DNA of 55,949 nucleotides, the filler included, from Sphacelaria rigidula (lineage: Eukaryota), in assembly GCA_964200075.2 (NCBI GenBank). It is 4 parts of 4 records of this genome, joined end to end, with 100 filler letters (N's around TTAATTAATTAA, not from the genome) between each part and the next. Parts side by side here need not be neighbours in the genome. Positions count along the whole stretch, not along the records: positions 42,040 to 55,949 come from CAXNAA020002595.1; 3 more parts are not named here. The stretch is one strand, 5' to 3'. Within the stretch, counting starts at the first letter, position 1. Every line of letters starts with the position of its first letter. The notes under the pieces are model-generated. The model was not told where the DNA came from, did not search any database, and saw nothing but the letters and a program-made list of their open reading frames with translations. This document shows, piece by piece, positions 52,601 through 55,949 of this stretch. The position numbers and the translations under genes were made by a program.

Positions 52601-53119
52601 GAACAACGCGTCTACTCCGCGACCACTCGACAATCAAACTCGTGATATGATACGCCACATATCGTGAAAGGAAAAGGCAGTCACCGTCCCATAGTAAATT
52701 CATCTGCAAGCCCAGCGCATCGGTAGAGGGAGGGGGTGTTCTGCATCGTCACGCTGTCATGGGTCATTTCCTACGACCACACTGATTATTTTGTCGGGCT
52801 GAAACTCCCACGGGCAGATGAGCTCGGAGCAAAACCCTCAGCCACAACCAACCACAAACTGACGCGATCGTATGTCAAGATCAATGAAAACACAGTCCAA
52901 ACGCTCTAGAGCTAGGTACAATACATGCGTACCGGCACGGATGTAGTACCAGTCCTGATCGTACGGGCACATCTCCTTGTGGGGGGCCGTTTTGACGAGA
53001 TCGCACCAGGAGGGCAGCTCTACACGACCAGTGTTTTTGAGGTGCTCGGCGTACGCCTTGATGAAATCGGCCGCGGCGACATCGCGCACGGTGATGCCTC
53101 GGGGCTCGTAGTTCGCCAT
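46668..53119 (-). CDS. RPS19: 40S ribosomal protein S19 (eS19), 148 aa; coding exons 52933-53119, 50425-50585, 46668-46766
   Basis: [109 protein letters not shown] introns, phases 1 and 0, total 447 nt. Confidence 0.97.
47803..47868 (-). ncRNA. Box C/D snoRNA-like copy (array unit)
   Basis: GTGATGA...AACCTCCTACTCATT-CTGA; flanking stem CTTCCGAC/GTCGGAAG. Confidence 0.7.
48073..48138 (-). ncRNA. Box C/D snoRNA-like copy (array unit)
   Basis: Intact C box, guide and D box; 270 bp from the neighbouring copies. Confidence 0.72.
48343..48408 (-). ncRNA. Box C/D snoRNA-like copy with mutated C box (GTGACGA)
   Basis: Guide and CTGA retained. Confidence 0.55.
48661..48722 (-). ncRNA. Diverged box C/D snoRNA-like copy (C box GCGATGA)
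   Basis: Interior diverged but CTCCTACTCATT-CTGA retained. Confidence 0.5.
48938..49003 (-). ncRNA. Box C/D snoRNA-like copy (array unit)
   Basis: Intact C box, guide and D box, with flanking stem. Confidence 0.72.
49466..49535 (-). pseudogene. Decayed snoRNA-like copy
   Basis: Residual similarity (GCTCGGGATGAG..ATCCTTTCAT..CATAC); both boxes lost. Confidence 0.4.
50033..50109 (-). ncRNA. Box C/D snoRNA, candidate founder copy
   Basis: GGTGC-a-GTGATGA...AAGAACCTCCTACTCATT-CTGA-GCACC with a 5-bp terminal stem; host-sense, ~320 nt downstream of the exon donor at 50425. Confidence 0.8.
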
Positions 53120-53910
53120 GGTTGCCTGTTGTAGGGTACGATGAGGGTTTAAGATCAGTTGTGGTGTGTGTTATTGGACAGGACATTGTAGCCGGTAGAT
53201 AGAAGAAACTGCCGGGTGAAGCACTGTGGCCGGACATACCGTTGACAGCTGTAGCGCGCACACTACACCCTGTACTGACTGCAACTCCCCGTCACAGGAC
53301 CGTACTATACCATCGACACAATGCACTGTGTGAACAATCAGCGCAGACACCCGGGAAAAGTAATTTGTTTTGTTAACGGGTCAGGACCTCGTGCTGTACA
53401 CCGGCATTCCGGGCAGACTAGAGGCTGTCTGCAGCATCGCCTCGATCGAACAACTGGGAAGAGCACTCTTCATGTTATACCATAAATAGTGTGTACGTTT
53501 CACACCGCAGTGCTGCCAGTTTCATTACAGTACTTTACAGTACATTACAGTACGAATGTGAGCAATGGTGGCGAAACGGCCTCTCACCCAAGTACTAGCT
53601 ATCACGGCACATCAGACTGTGCATGCCTACTACAGAGCAGCTGAGAACGTGGGTTTCACAGTTGCAACACACCATGTGCTGCACAATATTTCCCGTGACC
53701 AATGCATCAGGCAAACATAGACCAACAACCCTGCTCTGTACCTCCGGCGTTCAGGTATGGACACAAATGGAGCACCATCAGCAGCACACATTCCCACACA
53801 AAGCTGCACCGATCTCATACTGAAACACGGAGTATAGTTCACGGTTCCCCAACGCAATCAAGTTCCCACTCATGCCACCGTCAACACTCGTAGCAACATC
53901 CCTCGCTTAC

Positions 53911-53975
53911 CTGGCTGCTCCTGGACTCTGAGCTGGGCCACAACCAACCGCAAGCAACCACACCACGATTTCATA
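53911..53975 (-). other. RPS19: Probable non-coding first exon of RPS19 (intron ~53126-53910)
   Basis: CAG|GTAAGC donor at 53910; caacAG acceptor 6 nt upstream of the ATG; 5' limit approximate. Confidence 0.6.
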
Positions 53976-54618
53976 GATGAGGCGGTTTTTCATCAAGAGG
54001 GGATAGGGGATAGTTCCACTGCGGGTCCGAAAATGCATGCTAATATCAATGAAAAAAATGGTGGACATACGGGCCGCAGTGCCGCGGTGGCGTACGAAAC
54101 ACGATAACCAAGAGGCAACCCCGACACCGAATCGCTGCCTGCGCTGGAATCGTGTGTAAAGTCTTCAATCCTGTCTTGAGTGCTAGCGGGGTGTTCACAC
54201 GATAACCGATACATAAAATGCCAAAACTGCACAGCAGGCCTGTTACCGACAGTACAGCGAGGACGTGGTTCGCTTGATTTCTTGCCTCTGAGCACCACGC
54301 CCTCCCCACCCGACGGCAATGTATGCCTCTCACTTTGACATTGCTAAGAAGTTGATACATATTTCCTCCACGAGCAGAAATATTACACTGGAGGACTTCA
54401 AGATTTATTAGTTTAATGGCGTGAGCACAGGTGCTGGCCCCGCTGTTCGAGTGTGCCCAGCATCATGCGGGTTATATATGACGTCACCTTCGCGGACAGA
54501 CTGAAACTGGACGATATGAAAAGTGACAGGTTATGCCGCTATCACTTTGTCCACAGTTACAAATAGTAGGGGCCGCGCAGGAACGTGGGTTCGCGCACGC
54601 ATTTGTAGCGCTTGTGAA

Positions 54619-55026
54619 ATGAGCTTAACGTGCCAGCTTTGTGGGTACCAGGCCAAACGCAGGAATGCATCAGATCCAAGATGCCCGGTTTGCGATCAAC
54701 CTTACTCTGCAGGTGACCGACATAGCACTACGAGCTCGGGTCCGGGTCAATGGTCGGATCCTGTGCGGTCATCTGCCTGCCTAGCTGGAACAGGACGAGG
54801 TGTAGGTAGCGTGAACAGCGCGACAGAGGGTGCACTATCGCCTGGTGGTCTCAATCCGGAGCTTGAATCTTTGCTGCGTCGATTGCCTCAGAAACGTGAC
54901 ATGCAACGTCGGCAGGATGAGATTTTGCGAGCTGCCGCCGTGCCTACTGCAGAAAGTGTTCAACGGGAAGATGAGGATGTCGTGTACATTCGCCCTCGTG
55001 TTGACCCGACAATGCGAGTTCTGAAG
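54619..55026 (+). CDS. First exon of an unknown protein with an N-terminal CxxC-x13-CxxC zinc-ribbon-like motif
   Basis: ATG at 54619; MSLTCQLCG...RCPVCDQP; 408 nt ending at AAG|GTGAAT; a further strong donor AAG|GTAAGT at 55257. Confidence 0.6.
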
Positions 55027-55481
55027 GTGAATGGGGGCCGATCATTCCGACCTGAGGGGGGCACTTGCCATCATCAAGTATACTAGTGTAGCGATAGAAG
55101 GCTGCTGCACTGTTGTTGTGTGGATCAAACGTTGGCGCGCAAACGTAGAATCCATTATCAAAGCACAGTCGACGCGGGCGGTCACGTCAGTACCGCAACA
55201 GAAAAACGGACGGAGCGATACTTGTAGGAGGCGTCGAGGTTTGAAGCCCACGCCAAGGTAAGTGTCAATGGGGGAGATGTACAACGATGTCAATGATGAA
55301 GTGAAGAGTGCGTTTTTCGTGGGTATTTAGTACATTTACTTTGCTGCAAATACTGCTCACTGCATCGCTAGACATTTCCTACCTGCATCTACGGTCCAGC
55401 CGAAGTCTCGTAACTGTGAACCCAACTGAAAAAATACCAGAGCAGCTTTCCCTCACGCGCACAGCCCGTCGTATTCGGTCG

Positions 55482-55949
55482 TGCTACGGTAGGGGTGCAC
55501 GAATGTTTTCCAGGTTTGAATTTTTTGGAGCCCACAATCTGATCCAAAAACGACTAATGAAACATGTGAACCCGCACAATTAACATTTCAATGAGCTAGG
55601 AATATCCTGACCCATTTTCTTGTGTAGCTCTCAAGTTTAGGAGCCCCTGAATGAGAAAGATTTGGGCCCGAATGTGCAACCCCTACCGTAGCATGGCTAT
55701 TGACAATGTATCGACACGGCGCTCTCACAATACTGATTCGCTACAAATCCAGCCATTGCTACGAGATCCAATTGATGTGTCGAAGTTGAATGAGCAGAGA
55801 CGCCCCGAAAATGTCAAAGCGAAGGCAACACATGCCGCCGCGCCCCAGTTGTCTAACTGATCAAACTGACACCAGTTACGGAGCAATGTTACGGTAGGGG
55901 TGCACTCTTTTCGCGAAATTTTGTCTGGTTCAGGGGCTCCTAACGATTC
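55482..55949. mobile_element. Two further copies of the TGCTACGGTAGGGGTGCAC MITE (55482-55693; 55881-window end, inverted)
   Basis: Same termini and GGAGCCCCTGAA internal motif as 42904-43576. Confidence 0.78.

Overview
Eukaryotic, intron-rich and transposon-dense DNA, most likely from a brown alga or related photosynthetic stramenopile. This is inferred from ~50% GC, kb-sized GT-AG introns and a bipartite plastid-targeting presequence. Three 100-nt N linkers (central TTAATTAATTAA) mark contig joins. Two complete minus-strand genes could be assembled exon by exon with consistent phases: a 6-exon TPR (NlpI-like) protein and 40S ribosomal protein RPS19. Also present are one isolated ALKBH8/TRM9-like RRM exon and the first exon of a divergent Cys-knuckle protein. 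The rest is largely decayed mobile DNA: a two-LTR chromodomain Ty3/Gypsy element, a 5'-truncated Ty1/Copia, LINE and further LTR remnants, a non-autonomous Harbinger, tRNA-derived SINEs and several MITE families. The most notable observation is that the apparent 270-bp 'satellite' in the last RPS19 intron is a tandem array of about 7 box C/D snoRNA-like units in the host sense. They share one conserved guide that resembles the complement of an LSU rRNA motif. The Gypsy element has no tRNA-type PBS and instead shows a Tf1-like self-priming fold-back.
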